From: an uncultured bacterium
Lineage (GTDB): Bacteria > Krumholzibacteriota > Krumholzibacteriia > Krumholzibacteriales > Krumholzibacteriaceae
Length of the DNA: 64,000 bases
NCBI GenBank assembly: GCA_963813815.1
Contig: CAWFAD010000007.1
Coordinates: 288,001 to 352,000, forward strand
Direction: 5' to 3'
The position numbers and the translations under genes are program-made. How positions within the stretch are numbered: the first letter of the stretch is position 1; every line of letters starts with the position of its first letter. Shown here piece by piece: positions 13,272-22,327 of this stretch. The notes under the pieces are model-generated. The model was not told where the DNA came from. It worked only from the letters and a program-made list of their open reading frames with translations, and did no database searches.

Positions 13272-14013
13272 TCCGCCCGCGAGGCGGGAGTACCCGGCGA
13301 TCGTCAAATACCTGCTGCTCATCGCGGGAGCGTTCATCCTCGGCATCCTCATCTTCGATCTCGTGATCATGCCGGGGATCACCGGCAAGCGCGACGTCGC
13401 CGTCGCGCCGTCGGTCGAGGGAATGAGCCTCAAACAGGCGGAGGCGGTCTGCCGCAGGCAGCGGTTCGATCTCGTCGTCGCCGGCCGGCGGAACTCGGAC
13501 GAGGTGCCGGTCGATTTCATCGTGGTCCAGACGCCGCGGCAGGGAACGAGCCTCAAACACGGCCGCGCGATCAAGGTCGTCGTGAGCGACGGCGAGAGGA
13601 TGGAGACGGTGCCCGAGCTTTCCGGCAAGACGACGCGCGAGGCCGAGCTCGCCCTCGAAAGCGCCGCCCTCGCCCGCGGGCGAACGGTCCGCGTCTTCGC
13701 GCCGGGCGAGGGGCAGCCGTCGGTCGCCGCCACGAGCCCGGCGGCGGGCGAGCGCGTGCCGCGCGGCTCGACCATCGATCTCCTCGTCGCCATGCGCGGC
13801 GAGCCGCGATCGTACCTCATGCCGGATCTCGTCGGGAGGGATTTCCCGTTCGCCAAGCTGCGGCTCGAGCAGCTCGGCTTCAGCGTGTCGCACCGCGTGA
13901 CGAGGGACTCGGGGGGAGAGTTTCCGAACGCGATCGTCGCGCAGACCCCCCGGGCGGGAACGAGGATACAGGAGGGAGAGACCATTGAGCTCGTTGTTTC
14001 GGCGTCTGATTGA
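13249..14013 (+). CDS. Membrane-anchored protein with three PASTA domains
   Basis: One TM helix then three VPxLxG...QTP repeats; fmt-PASTA-rpe context. Confidence 0.85.
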   Translation: MEETPNHNPPARREYPAIVKYLLLIAGAFILGILIFDLVIMPGITGKRDVAVAPSVEGMSLKQAEAVCRRQRFDLVVAGRRNSDEVPVDFIVVQTPRQGTSLKHGRAIKVVVSDGERMETVPELSGKTTREAELALESAALARGRTVRVFAPGEGQPSVAATSPAAGERVPRGSTIDLLVAMRGEPRSYLMPDLVGRDFPFAKLRLEQLGFSVSHRVTRDSGGEFPNAIVAQTPRAGTRIQEGETIELVVSASD

Positions 14014-14668
14014 CGAGGGCGGAATCGCCGTCGCGCCGTCGATGCTCGCGGCGGATTTTTCGCGGCTCGAGAGCGAGATTCGCGCGGTCGAGGCGGCGGG
14101 GGCAGATTGCCTCCACCTCGACGTGATGGACGGCAACTTCGTTCCGAACATCACCTTCGGTCCGGTCGTCGTTTCCTCCATCGCGAAGCTCACGAAGCTG
14201 CCGCTCATAACGCACCTCATGATCCTGCATCCGGAACGCTACGTGAAGGGTTTCGTCGAGGCGGGGAGCCACGCGGTGAGCTTTCACTGGGAGGCCATGG
14301 GGGCGGGGCACGAGGAGGCGCTCGAAGCGATACGCGCCCTGGGCTGCAAGGCGGGCATCGCCGTGAATCCCGCGACTCCGCTCGCCGCGGTCGAGCATCT
14401 CCTTCCCGCGATCGACTTTCTTCTCGTCATGACCGTCGTTCCCGGCTTCGGCGGCCAGGCCTTCATCGCCGAGGCGCTCGGAAAGGCCGTCGAGGCCTCG
14501 CGGCTGCGGGGCGAGAGGGGGCTGCGCTTCGTGATCGAGGTCGACGGCGGCGTGAACCCGCGGAACGCGCGGCTCGTGCGCGAGGCGGGGGGGCAGATTA
14601 TCGTCGCCGGCACGGCGATCTTCGGGAGCGGCGACTACGCCGCCGCCGTGGCCGCCATCCGGGCCTAG
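13985..14668 (+). CDS. rpe: Ribulose-phosphate 3-epimerase
   Basis: APSMLAADF, HLDVMDGNFVPNITFG, PGFGGQ, VDGG; exact start uncertain. Confidence 0.95.
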   Translation: MSSLFRRLIDEGGIAVAPSMLAADFSRLESEIRAVEAAGADCLHLDVMDGNFVPNITFGPVVVSSIAKLTKLPLITHLMILHPERYVKGFVEAGSHAVSFHWEAMGAGHEEALEAIRALGCKAGIAVNPATPLAAVEHLLPAIDFLLVMTVVPGFGGQAFIAEALGKAVEASRLRGERGLRFVIEVDGGVNPRNARLVREAGGQIIVAGTAIFGSGDYAAAVAAIRA

Positions 14669-14690
14669 CGCCCATCTTCCGCCGGGGACG

Positions 14691-15122
14691 TCACCCGCCC
14701 AGCGCCTCTCCCGCCCGCAGAATCTCGAGTATTTCGACCGGCAGATAGGCGGGTACGCGCGATCCCTGATACTCGCGCGCGTCGCGGGTGACGATGGCGC
14801 GGGCGCCAGCGTGATACGCCGCCTCCGAGACGATTTCCTTCTCGAAATCGGGAAGCTCTCCGCCGAGGGCCGCCTCGAGGACCGTCCGCGTGACGGGGGC
14901 GATCCCCACGACGGAGAGGAGCCTTCTCAGGTGCCGGCGCGCGCGGGAGGCCCCGGGCGGTTCGGCAACGAGCCGGTGAATCGCGGTGACGGTCGAGGCG
15001 CACACGAGCCCGGAGGCGTCTCCGCGCTCCACGCGCGAGAACAGCTCGACCGCGTCCCCGGAGAACGGCGCGCGGTCGAGGAGCAGGTCGAGAACGGTAT
15101 CCGTGTCGATGAGAATGATCAC
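14691..15122 (-). CDS. PIN-domain (VapC-like) toxin
   Basis: ILIDTDTVLDLLLDRxPF, PDFE, IVTRD; GTG start overlaps the antitoxin stop (GTGA). Confidence 0.8.
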   Translation of the reverse strand: MIILIDTDTVLDLLLDRAPFSGDAVELFSRVERGDASGLVCASTVTAIHRLVAEPPGASRARRHLRRLLSVVGIAPVTRTVLEAALGGELPDFEKEIVSEAAYHAGARAIVTRDAREYQGSRVPAYLPVEILEILRAGEALGG

Positions 15123-15355
15123 GGCCGTCCTCCTTCCGCGGCTTCCCCGGCGGCGTCGCGGCGAGGGCCTCGCAGCGCGCCGCGCAGCGCAGAGACGCGG
15201 GGGGTCGGCTCGATCGTCCTCGCGCGGCGCGTTTCCTCGAGCGCGCTCAGGAGATCGGCGATGAGGCGGGAGAGCGACGTCCCACGCGCGCGCGCCCGCT
15301 TCTTGGCCCGGAGGACGAGCCGGTCGTCGATGCGCACGGTGAGCTTTGTTTCCAT
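15119..15355 (-). CDS. RHH-type (DUF6364-like) antitoxin
   Basis: METKLTVRID...AK...GTSLSRLI; AAGGAGG SD; directly upstream of the PIN gene. Confidence 0.8.
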   Translation of the reverse strand: METKLTVRIDDRLVLRAKKRARARGTSLSRLIADLLSALEETRRARTIEPTPRVSALRGALRGPRRDAAGEAAEGGRP

Positions 15356-15375
15356 GGCGGCCTCCTTGAGTCAAA

Positions 15376-15425
15376 TGCCGTATATAAATCGATATATTTA
15401 TACGGCACGCTGCATTTTTTGTCAA
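15376..15425 (-). promoter_or_regulatory. TA operon promoter with overlapping operator palindrome
   Basis: Minus-strand TTGACA-N17-TATAAA; inverted repeat TGCCGTAT...ATACGGCA at 15376-15407. Confidence 0.75.
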
Positions 15426-15501
15426 GCGGAACGGTGATTTGGCTTGCGAAAGCGGGCCGGACGGTGCTACGTTCAATACTTCCCAGGGAGGAACGGCAGT
15501 C

Positions 15502-16824
15502 GTGTTTCAGGATCTGAGCGATAAGTTCGCCCGCGTATTCAAGGATCTCCGCGGGCACGGGAAGGTTCGAGCGGCGCACGTCGAGGGCGCGATGCGCGAG
15601 GTGCGCCGGGCTCTGCTCGAGGCGGACGTCAATTACAAGGTCGCGCGGGAGTTCGTCGCGCGCGTGAGCGAGCGCTCGCTCGGACAGAAGGTGCTCGACA
15701 GCCTCACGCCCGATCAGCAGATCGTGAAGATCGTCCACGAGGAGCTCGTGTCGCTCCTCGGCGCGAAGAGCGCTGCGTTCAACCTGTCGGGCAATCCCGC
15801 CGGGGTCATGATCGTCGGGTTGCAGGGATCGGGTAAGACGAGCTTCGCGGCGAAGCTCGCCGTGCACGTCCGCAAGAAGGGGCGGCGCCCGCTCCTCGTG
15901 GCGGCGGACATTTACCGGCCCGCCGCGGTGGAGCAGCTCTCCGTGCTCGCCCGGCAGATCGGCGTTCCCGTGTACGCCCCGGGAACGAACCTTCCCGTGA
16001 CGGAGATCGTCGAGGGCGGCATTCGGCAGGCGCGCCGCGATCTCTGCGACACGGTCATCGTCGACACGGCGGGGCGCCTGCACATCGACGGCGAAATGAT
16101 GGCGGAGCTCGTCGCGGCGAAGCGGGTGCTCGAGCCGGAGGAGACGCTGCTCGTTCTCGACAGCATGACCGGCCAGGAAGCGGTGCGCGTCGCCGGGGAG
16201 TTCCAGCGCGAGGTGGGTTACTCGGGAGCGGTTCTCACGAAGCTCGACGGCGACGCGCGCGGCGGCGCCGCGCTGTCGGTGGCGAGCGTCACCGGCAAGC
16301 CGATCCTCTTCGCGTGCGTGGGGGAAAAGGTCGACGATCTCGAGCCCTTCCATCCGGACCGCATGGCGAGCCGGATCCTCGGCATGGGGGACGTGCTGTC
16401 CCTCATCGAGAGGGCCCAGGAGACGATGGACGTCAAGGAAGCCGAGGCGCTCGAGCGCAAGCTTCGGAAGGAATCGTTCACGCTCGAGGATTTCCTCGGC
16501 GAGCTGCAGCGGCTCCGCAAAATGGGCCCGCTCGAGCAGGTGCTCGGCATGATCCCCGGCGTCAAGTTCCGCGGCGTCGCGCCGGGCGACGCCGGCGAAA
16601 AGGAGCTTCGGAAGATCGAGGCGATCATCCGCTCGATGACCCCGGAAGAGCGGCGTTCGCCGCAGATCATCGACGGGAGCCGCCGCAGGCGGATCGCCGC
16701 AGGAAGCGGAACGAGTGCGCAGGACGTGAACCGTCTCCTCGGGCGGTTTCAGGAAATGCGCAAGATGATGAAGCGTTTTTCGAAGATGGCGGGTTCGTTC
16801 AATTTCGAGCTGCCCGCCCAGTAA
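15502..16824 (+). CDS. ffh: Signal recognition particle protein Ffh
   Basis: ALLEADV, GLQGSGKT, DTAGR, TKLDGDARGG, M-domain SRRRRIAAGSG. Confidence 0.97.
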   Translation: MFQDLSDKFARVFKDLRGHGKVRAAHVEGAMREVRRALLEADVNYKVAREFVARVSERSLGQKVLDSLTPDQQIVKIVHEELVSLLGAKSAAFNLSGNPAGVMIVGLQGSGKTSFAAKLAVHVRKKGRRPLLVAADIYRPAAVEQLSVLARQIGVPVYAPGTNLPVTEIVEGGIRQARRDLCDTVIVDTAGRLHIDGEMMAELVAAKRVLEPEETLLVLDSMTGQEAVRVAGEFQREVGYSGAVLTKLDGDARGGAALSVASVTGKPILFACVGEKVDDLEPFHPDRMASRILGMGDVLSLIERAQETMDVKEAEALERKLRKESFTLEDFLGELQRLRKMGPLEQVLGMIPGVKFRGVAPGDAGEKELRKIEAIIRSMTPEERRSPQIIDGSRRRRIAAGSGTSAQDVNRLLGRFQEMRKMMKRFSKMAGSFNFELPAQ

Positions 16825-16852
16825 CGTGCGGAATCTCAACCGGAGGTAGGAT

Positions 16853-17284
16853 TTGTCGGTCAAACTCAGAATGAGGCGAATGGGCACCAAGAAGCGTCCG
16901 TTCTACCGCGTGGTCGCGATCGACAGCCGCATGGCCCGCGACGGCAGGTTCATCGACATTATCGGCTTCTACAACCCGATGGTGAACCCGCCCGAGATCA
17001 AGATGGACGACGACAAGGTGTATCAGTGGCTCAGGAACGGCGCCACGCCGTCGGAGAAGGTCCGCGAGCTGTTCCGCAGGATCGGTCTCATGGAAAAGTG
17101 GAGCCTCGTCAAGTCGGGCGTCGCGATAGGCGATCTCGACGCCAGGCTCGAGGAACGCCGCGCGAAGCAGCCGCGCCGGGCCGCGGACGCCGTGAAAAAG
17201 AAGCGGCCGAACAAGAAGCAGGCGGCGAAGGCGGCGAAGGCCGCGACCGAAAAGGCCGAGGCGAAGAGCGGGGAGTCCGCGTAA
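16853..17284 (+). CDS. rpsP: 30S ribosomal protein S16 (C-terminally extended)
   Basis: VKLRMRRMG.KKRPFYRVV, RDGRFI, GFYNP; TTG start with GGAGG SD. Confidence 0.95.
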   Translation: MSVKLRMRRMGTKKRPFYRVVAIDSRMARDGRFIDIIGFYNPMVNPPEIKMDDDKVYQWLRNGATPSEKVRELFRRIGLMEKWSLVKSGVAIGDLDARLEERRAKQPRRAADAVKKKRPNKKQAAKAAKAATEKAEAKSGESA

Positions 17285-17356
17285 AACGGCGGGAGCGGTC
17301 GGGGGGGAGCGCCGCGGGGCGCGCGATCCCGCCCGTTCCAAACGCAGAGGAAGTGC

Positions 17357-17602
17357 ATGAGCCTTCAGAAGATCAAGACGATGGTCCGGAAGATTTCCGA
17401 GATGCTCGTCGACAACCCCGACAAGATCGTCCTCGTGGACGAGAAGCGGGACGATACGCACATCATCGTGCTGTCGGTCGATAAATCGGACGTCGGCAAA
17501 ATCATCGGCAGGAGCGGCCAGACGGCCAAGGCGCTTCGCGCGCTCGTCAACGCGTCGGCGACGCGACTCGGCGAAAAGGTGCTCCTCGAGATCCGCGAGT
17601 AG
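17357..17602 (+). CDS. khpA: KH-domain RNA-binding protein
   Basis: LVDNP, DVGKIIGRSG; between rpsP and rimM. Confidence 0.88.
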   Translation: MSLQKIKTMVRKISEMLVDNPDKIVLVDEKRDDTHIIVLSVDKSDVGKIIGRSGQTAKALRALVNASATRLGEKVLLEIRE

Positions 17603-17627
17603 AGCGTCAGGCGGAGGTGCACGCGAC

Positions 17628-18149
17628 ATGGCCGCACGGGCCGTTCTCGGGACCATCGTGAATACGGTCGGCCTCAGGGGAGAGGTGAAGCTGCTTCTCG
17701 CTCCCGATTTTTGGCCGGAGGCGCTCGATGCGGACGGCATCGCCATCGTCGCGGAGGGCGCGGTCGTGGGAACGGCGCGCGTCACCCGGTGGCGCGAGAA
17801 GGGGAGGACGCTCGTTCTCACGCTCGAAGGGGTCGGCACGATCGAGCAGGCGGAAGCGCTCGTCGGCTCGAGCCTCGTGCTCGAGCTCGGCGGCGTCGAT
17901 CCGGAATCCGGACCGGGACGCCTGCTGCCGTGCCAGTACATCGGACTCGACGTCCGGCTTCCGGACGGGTCCGTGCTCGGCGTCGTCGTGGATATGTTGC
18001 TCGGCCCCGCCCAGAATTGCCTCATCGTCGAGCGCGACGGCGAGCGGCTCCTCGTGCCGGAGAGCCCCGGCATCGTGAAACGCGTGGCGGTCGAAGAAGG
18101 AGTCATCGAGATCGATCCCCCGGCGGGGCTCTTCGATCTGCGGTGGTGA
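17628..18149 (+). CDS. rimM: Ribosome maturation factor RimM
   Basis: GLRGEVK, PRC-barrel C-terminus, synteny. Confidence 0.88.
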   Translation: MAARAVLGTIVNTVGLRGEVKLLLAPDFWPEALDADGIAIVAEGAVVGTARVTRWREKGRTLVLTLEGVGTIEQAEALVGSSLVLELGGVDPESGPGRLLPCQYIGLDVRLPDGSVLGVVVDMLLGPAQNCLIVERDGERLLVPESPGIVKRVAVEEGVIEIDPPAGLFDLRW

Positions 18150-18154
18150 CGGAT

Positions 18155-18871
18155 ATGGACATCTATTTCATAACGATCTTTCCCGAGATGTTCCGCGAGG
18201 CGCTCGCCGCCGGCATGACCGGCATCGCCGAGCGCAACGGCGCCGTCCGCTACCACGTCGTCAATCTGCGCGATTTCGCCGAGGACCGCTACGGCTCGGT
18301 GGACGATTACCCCTACGGCGGCGGTCCGGGGATGATCCTCATGGCGCCGCCGCTCGTCCGGGCGGTCGAGTCGATTCGTCCGCCGGGCGAGGGGGGCGAC
18401 GCCCCCGTCATCCTGCTCTCGCCGTGCGGCGAGGCGTTCACGCAGGCGAAGGCCCACGAGCTCGCCTCGAAACGGGCGCTCGTCTTCATCTGCGGGCGCT
18501 ACAAGGGAGTCGACGAGCGGGTGCGCGAGCTCGTCGTTTCGGAGAGCGTCTCGATCGGGGACTATATACTGAGCGGCGGGGAGCTCGCGGCGCTCGTCGT
18601 GACGGACGCCGTCATCCGCTGTCTCCCGAACGTCATCGGCGACGAACGTTCGCGCGACACCGATTCGTTCTCGGCGGAGCGCGAGTTCTCTCTCGATGCG
18701 GCGTACTACACGAGGCCGCCGGAGTTCCGCGGCCTGCCGGTGCCGGAGGTGCTCGTCTCGGGGAACCACGCCCGCATCGCGGAGTGGCGCGAGCGCTCGG
18801 CTCGCGAACGCACCGAGCGCCACCGGCCCGATCTCATCGCGAAAGCGCGTTTACAAGGAAGCAACGAGTAA
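18155..18871 (+). CDS. trmD: tRNA (guanine-N1)-methyltransferase
   Basis: VDDYPYGGGPGM, CGRYKGVDER, SIGDYILSGGE, YTRP, SGNH. Confidence 0.96.
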   Translation: MDIYFITIFPEMFREALAAGMTGIAERNGAVRYHVVNLRDFAEDRYGSVDDYPYGGGPGMILMAPPLVRAVESIRPPGEGGDAPVILLSPCGEAFTQAKAHELASKRALVFICGRYKGVDERVRELVVSESVSIGDYILSGGELAALVVTDAVIRCLPNVIGDERSRDTDSFSAEREFSLDAAYYTRPPEFRGLPVPEVLVSGNHARIAEWRERSARERTERHRPDLIAKARLQGSNE

Positions 18872-18880
18872 GGAGGCCCC

Positions 18881-19237
18881 ATGGATATTCTCAGTCAGAT
18901 CGCGGCGAAACGAATGAAGGAATCGGTCCCCGTCTTCAGCGTCGGAGACACCGTGCGCGTCGACGTGCGCGTCGTCGAGGCGGGGCGGGAGCGCGTGCAG
19001 GCGTTTCAGGGCATCATCGTGCAGCGCCGCGGCTCCGGCCTCGGCGAGACGTTCACCGTGCGCAAGGTGAGCCAGGGCGTCGGCGTCGAGCGCATCTTTC
19101 CGCTCCATTCGCCGAACGTCGCGGCGATTCGCGTGCTCCGCAGGGGCAAGGTGCGCAGGGCGAAGCTCTTCTACCTGCGCCAGCTCATGGGCAAGGCCGC
19201 GCGCATCGAAGAGAAGACGGAGAGAATCGAGGAGTGA
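18881..19237 (+). CDS. rplS: 50S ribosomal protein L19
   Basis: [29 protein letters not shown]. Confidence 0.97.
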   Translation: MDILSQIAAKRMKESVPVFSVGDTVRVDVRVVEAGRERVQAFQGIIVQRRGSGLGETFTVRKVSQGVGVERIFPLHSPNVAAIRVLRRGKVRRAKLFYLRQLMGKAARIEEKTERIEE

Positions 19238-19896
19238 GCGTGTCCCGCCGGGTCGCCTTCGATGAGCTGATCCGGTTCGACCGGCTGCGCCTCGCGCGCT
19301 CCGTGGGGGTTCTCGCGGGAGTCGACGAGGCGGGGCGGGGGGCGCTCGCGGGCCCCGTGGTGGCCGCGGCCGTGGTCTGCGAGCCGTGCGATGCGCTCTC
19401 GCGCGTTCGCGATTCGAAGCTCGTCCCCGAGGAAGAGCGCGAACGGCTTCACGATCTCATCCTCGAGCGCTGCGCGGCCCATGGAGTCGGCGTCGTCGAG
19501 CCCGGCGAGATCGACCGCATGAACATACTGCGGGCGACGCTCGAGGCGATGCGCATGGCGGTCGAGGGGCTCGGGGTCGCGCCCGATCTGCTGCTCGTCG
19601 ACGGGATACATCTCCCCCCCGTGGGAGTTCCCGCGACGGCGATTCCGGGAGGCGACCGCAAGAGCTTCGTCGTCGCGGCCGCCTCGATCGTGGCAAAGGT
19701 GACGAGGGATCGCATCATGCGTGAGCGCTCCGCGATCTTCGAGGGGTACGGGTTCACGAAGAACAAGGGATACGGCACGAGGGAGCACATAGAGGCGATT
19801 CGGCGCAACGGCAGAACGGAGATCCACCGGATGAGCTTTCGCGTCCGGGAGCAGTTGCGCCTCGATTTGGGCGGGGAGGATCCGGCGCGGCGGTGA
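19234..19896 (+). CDS. rnhB: Ribonuclease HII
   Basis: [33 protein letters not shown]. Confidence 0.95.
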   Translation: MSVSRRVAFDELIRFDRLRLARSVGVLAGVDEAGRGALAGPVVAAAVVCEPCDALSRVRDSKLVPEEERERLHDLILERCAAHGVGVVEPGEIDRMNILRATLEAMRMAVEGLGVAPDLLLVDGIHLPPVGVPATAIPGGDRKSFVVAAASIVAKVTRDRIMRERSAIFEGYGFTKNKGYGTREHIEAIRRNGRTEIHRMSFRVREQLRLDLGGEDPARR

Positions 19897-19920
19897 GGCG
19901 GGGGGAGGGCCGGGAAAGGG

Positions 19921-20298
19921 GTGGCGGCGGTGGCGGAAGGAAGAGTTCTGGCAGGGAGGCTCGGCGAGCGGATCGCGGCGGATTATCTCGAGCTCGCCGG
20001 GTGCGCGATTCTCGGGCGCAACGTTCGCGCCGGGCATCTCGAGGTCGATCTCATCGTGAGGGACGGCCCCTGCGTCGCGTTCGTCGAGGTAAAGCTGCGG
20101 CGCGGCGATTCCTTCGGCGGGGCTCTCGAGGCGGTTTCTCCCTGCAAGCTCGGCCGGCTTCGCCGGGCGGCGAGAATGTGCCTCGCATCGATTCCCGCGG
20201 TGCGCCTCGCCGGAGAGTATCGCTTCGATCTCGTGGCTCTCGACGTCGATCCGGGGGGCGGCGGGCTGGTGCTGCGGCACCTCAAGGGGATCGCGTAG
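19921..20298 (+). CDS. yraN: YraN family (UPF0102) nuclease-fold protein
   Basis: GE..A..YL, EVDLI, FVEVK, RFD. Confidence 0.9.
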   Translation: MAAVAEGRVLAGRLGERIAADYLELAGCAILGRNVRAGHLEVDLIVRDGPCVAFVEVKLRRGDSFGGALEAVSPCKLGRLRRAARMCLASIPAVRLAGEYRFDLVALDVDPGGGGLVLRHLKGIA

Positions 20299-20380
20299 AA
20301 AATGGCTTGATTTGGCGGCGTAAGGTCTCTATCTTTTCGGCATACGAGGAACCGCGGTCGTCAAGGAGGGATTCGCGACA

Positions 20381-20986
20381 ATGACATCCAGGATATCCAT
20401 TCTGGCCTTTTTCGTCCTGTTCGCCTTCTCCGGGTGCAGCACCGTCGACAAGATGGTCAAGAAGGACATTCCCATCGAGGAAAAGGACCAGCTCGAGGAG
20501 ACCTACGACGGCAGGACCGCCTGGACGAGGTCCTTGCTCGTCGACCTCGGTCCCGAAGGCGTCATCGACCGCGACATACAGGTCAAGATCATCAGTCTCG
20601 ATCTCCACTGGAACGGCGCAGTCACGGTCGAGGGACCCGGCCGCCGCCGGATTCGCCACGGGCTCGAAATCGAGCGCCCGCTCACGATGCAGGCGGTCGA
20701 GCAGAAGCTGAGCCGGCTCTTTTGGTTCCACAAGCCCGAGTATCGCTACCGCATGAATCTCCGCAAGTACGGCAAGAAGGCCGCCAAGGCCATCTTCGAG
20801 CATCAGCTCTTCAAGGGAATGAAGCGGGACGCGGCGCTCGATTCGTGGGGCTACCCCGACGAGATGAACAGCATCGACCTCGGCGGAAACCTCCAGGAGC
20901 AGTGGATCTACAGGGACGTGCGGCAGAAAACGAAGAAACGCTACATCTACATCGTCGACGGAATCGTCGAGAACTGGGAAGAGTAG
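20381..20986 (+). CDS. Hypothetical lipoprotein
   Basis: Lipobox FSGC; AAGGAGG SD; C-terminal GM...WGYP...QWIY. Confidence 0.7.
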   Translation: MTSRISILAFFVLFAFSGCSTVDKMVKKDIPIEEKDQLEETYDGRTAWTRSLLVDLGPEGVIDRDIQVKIISLDLHWNGAVTVEGPGRRRIRHGLEIERPLTMQAVEQKLSRLFWFHKPEYRYRMNLRKYGKKAAKAIFEHQLFKGMKRDAALDSWGYPDEMNSIDLGGNLQEQWIYRDVRQKTKKRYIYIVDGIVENWEE

Positions 20987-21055
20987 GGCGCGCCGCGCGG
21001 CGTCATTCCTCGAGAGACGGCTGCGCCGCCGCCCGGGCGGCGCGGGCTCCGGGGC

Positions 21056-21177
21056 AAAAAAAGTCCCCGCTGGAAAGTGGGGGGATTGTCCTGGGACGCA
21101 TCTCTTGAGTCAAGAGCTGAGCCCGCGGTTATTTTTTTCCAAGACAATCAGCCAACACTGTTTCAGCAGGGACCTCC
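21056..21177 (-). ncRNA. Candidate 6S-like RNA (about 120 nt)
   Basis: Perfect sigma70 promoter; self-complementary rod with A-rich central bubble; U7 tail. Confidence 0.6.
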
Positions 21178-21183
21178 ATACGC

Positions 21184-21212
21184 ATTATATCCGCGTTTTG
21201 AGAATCTGTCAA
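21184..21212 (-). promoter_or_regulatory. Consensus sigma70 promoter driving the ncRNA
   Basis: TTGACA (21212-21207)-N17-TATAAT (21189-21184). Confidence 0.8.
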
Positions 21213-21246
21213 CGAGCCCGCCTCTATTCGGCCGCCCCGTGCCCGT

Positions 21247-22203
21247 TTATCCGGGTTCTTCCGCCGCGCGACTCCGGTTCGGCCCTCCCTGCGCGAGCCA
21301 GAGGCCGAAGAGAACGACGGCGCTTCCGAGGACGAAGAGGCCGGTGATCTCTTCCTCGAAGAAGCAGTAGCCGAAGAGCGCCGCGAGCGGGGGATTGAGG
21401 TAGACGTAGGAGGCCACCTCCGTCGCCGGAAGCCGCGAGAGCGCCGCTACCCAGATGAGAAATCCCACGATCGTGCACAGCACCGAGAGGTGCGCGAGGG
21501 CCCCCCATTGCCGCCACGTGAGCGCCCCCATCGCGCGAAAGAACTCCGCGTCGGCGAACACGAGGAAGGGGATCGTGCCGATGACGAGCGTGAGATAGGT
21601 GACGACGATCGGAGAGGAGCGCCCGAGCAGATCCTTGCCGATGACCGTGTAGATCGACCAGCAGAGCGGCGCGAGCGCCGTGATGAGCACGTAGCGCAGC
21701 TCCGCGTTCGACACCGACGCGACCCTCCCGAGCCCGACGCGCCCCCACCGAACGACGAGATACAGTCCGGCGAAAGCGATGGCGATGCCGAGCACGCGCC
21801 GCGGCGGCACACGCTCCTTGAGGAACAGGATCGCGAGGGCGAGTATGAAGAGGGGGGCGAGGGTCGTGAGTAGCGAGGCCGCGCCCGGTTTGACCTCGCT
21901 CTGGCCGGTGTAGAGGAAAAAGTTGTAGCCCGCCACCCCCGTGAGCCCCATCGCGATCACCTTGAGCGGCGCCGCCCGGAGGATCGAGATCGCGTCCCTG
22001 CGGCGCGCCGGCGACAGGAGCAGGAAGAGCAGGCAAAAGACCGATACCGGAAGAAACCGCGCGAGTACGAGCTCCATGGGATCGAACGTCTCGAGGAGAT
22101 ATTTGATGGCGGTGAACGAGTTGGACCAGATCACGAAGAGCAGCACGAGGAGCGCCCTCATCGCCGGGGCCGGTATGGGCCTGCTCGAGGTCTCGGAAGC
22201 CAT
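21247..22203 (-). CDS. EamA/DMT family transporter
   Basis: IWSNSF..IK, about 10 TM helices, YLNP. Confidence 0.88.
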   Translation of the reverse strand: MASETSSRPIPAPAMRALLVLLFVIWSNSFTAIKYLLETFDPMELVLARFLPVSVFCLLFLLLSPARRRDAISILRAAPLKVIAMGLTGVAGYNFFLYTGQSEVKPGAASLLTTLAPLFILALAILFLKERVPPRRVLGIAIAFAGLYLVVRWGRVGLGRVASVSNAELRYVLITALAPLCWSIYTVIGKDLLGRSSPIVVTYLTLVIGTIPFLVFADAEFFRAMGALTWRQWGALAHLSVLCTIVGFLIWVAALSRLPATEVASYVYLNPPLAALFGYCFFEEEITGLFVLGSAVVLFGLWLAQGGPNRSRAAEEPG

Positions 22204-22233
22204 GAGGAACCTTTCGGAGCGCCGAGGAGCGCC

Positions 22234-22263
22234 TTGAAACGACAAGGCGGCATATGGTACAAT
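22234..22263 (+). promoter_or_regulatory. Putative sigma70 promoter
   Basis: TTGAAA-N18-TACAAT with TGn extension. Confidence 0.5.
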
Positions 22264-22327
22264 AAGGATGTGCAGGGTGGCAAGTGAAGCATCAAAGGGT
22301 CTGCAACAGCGAAAGGATGTGGGGGTA

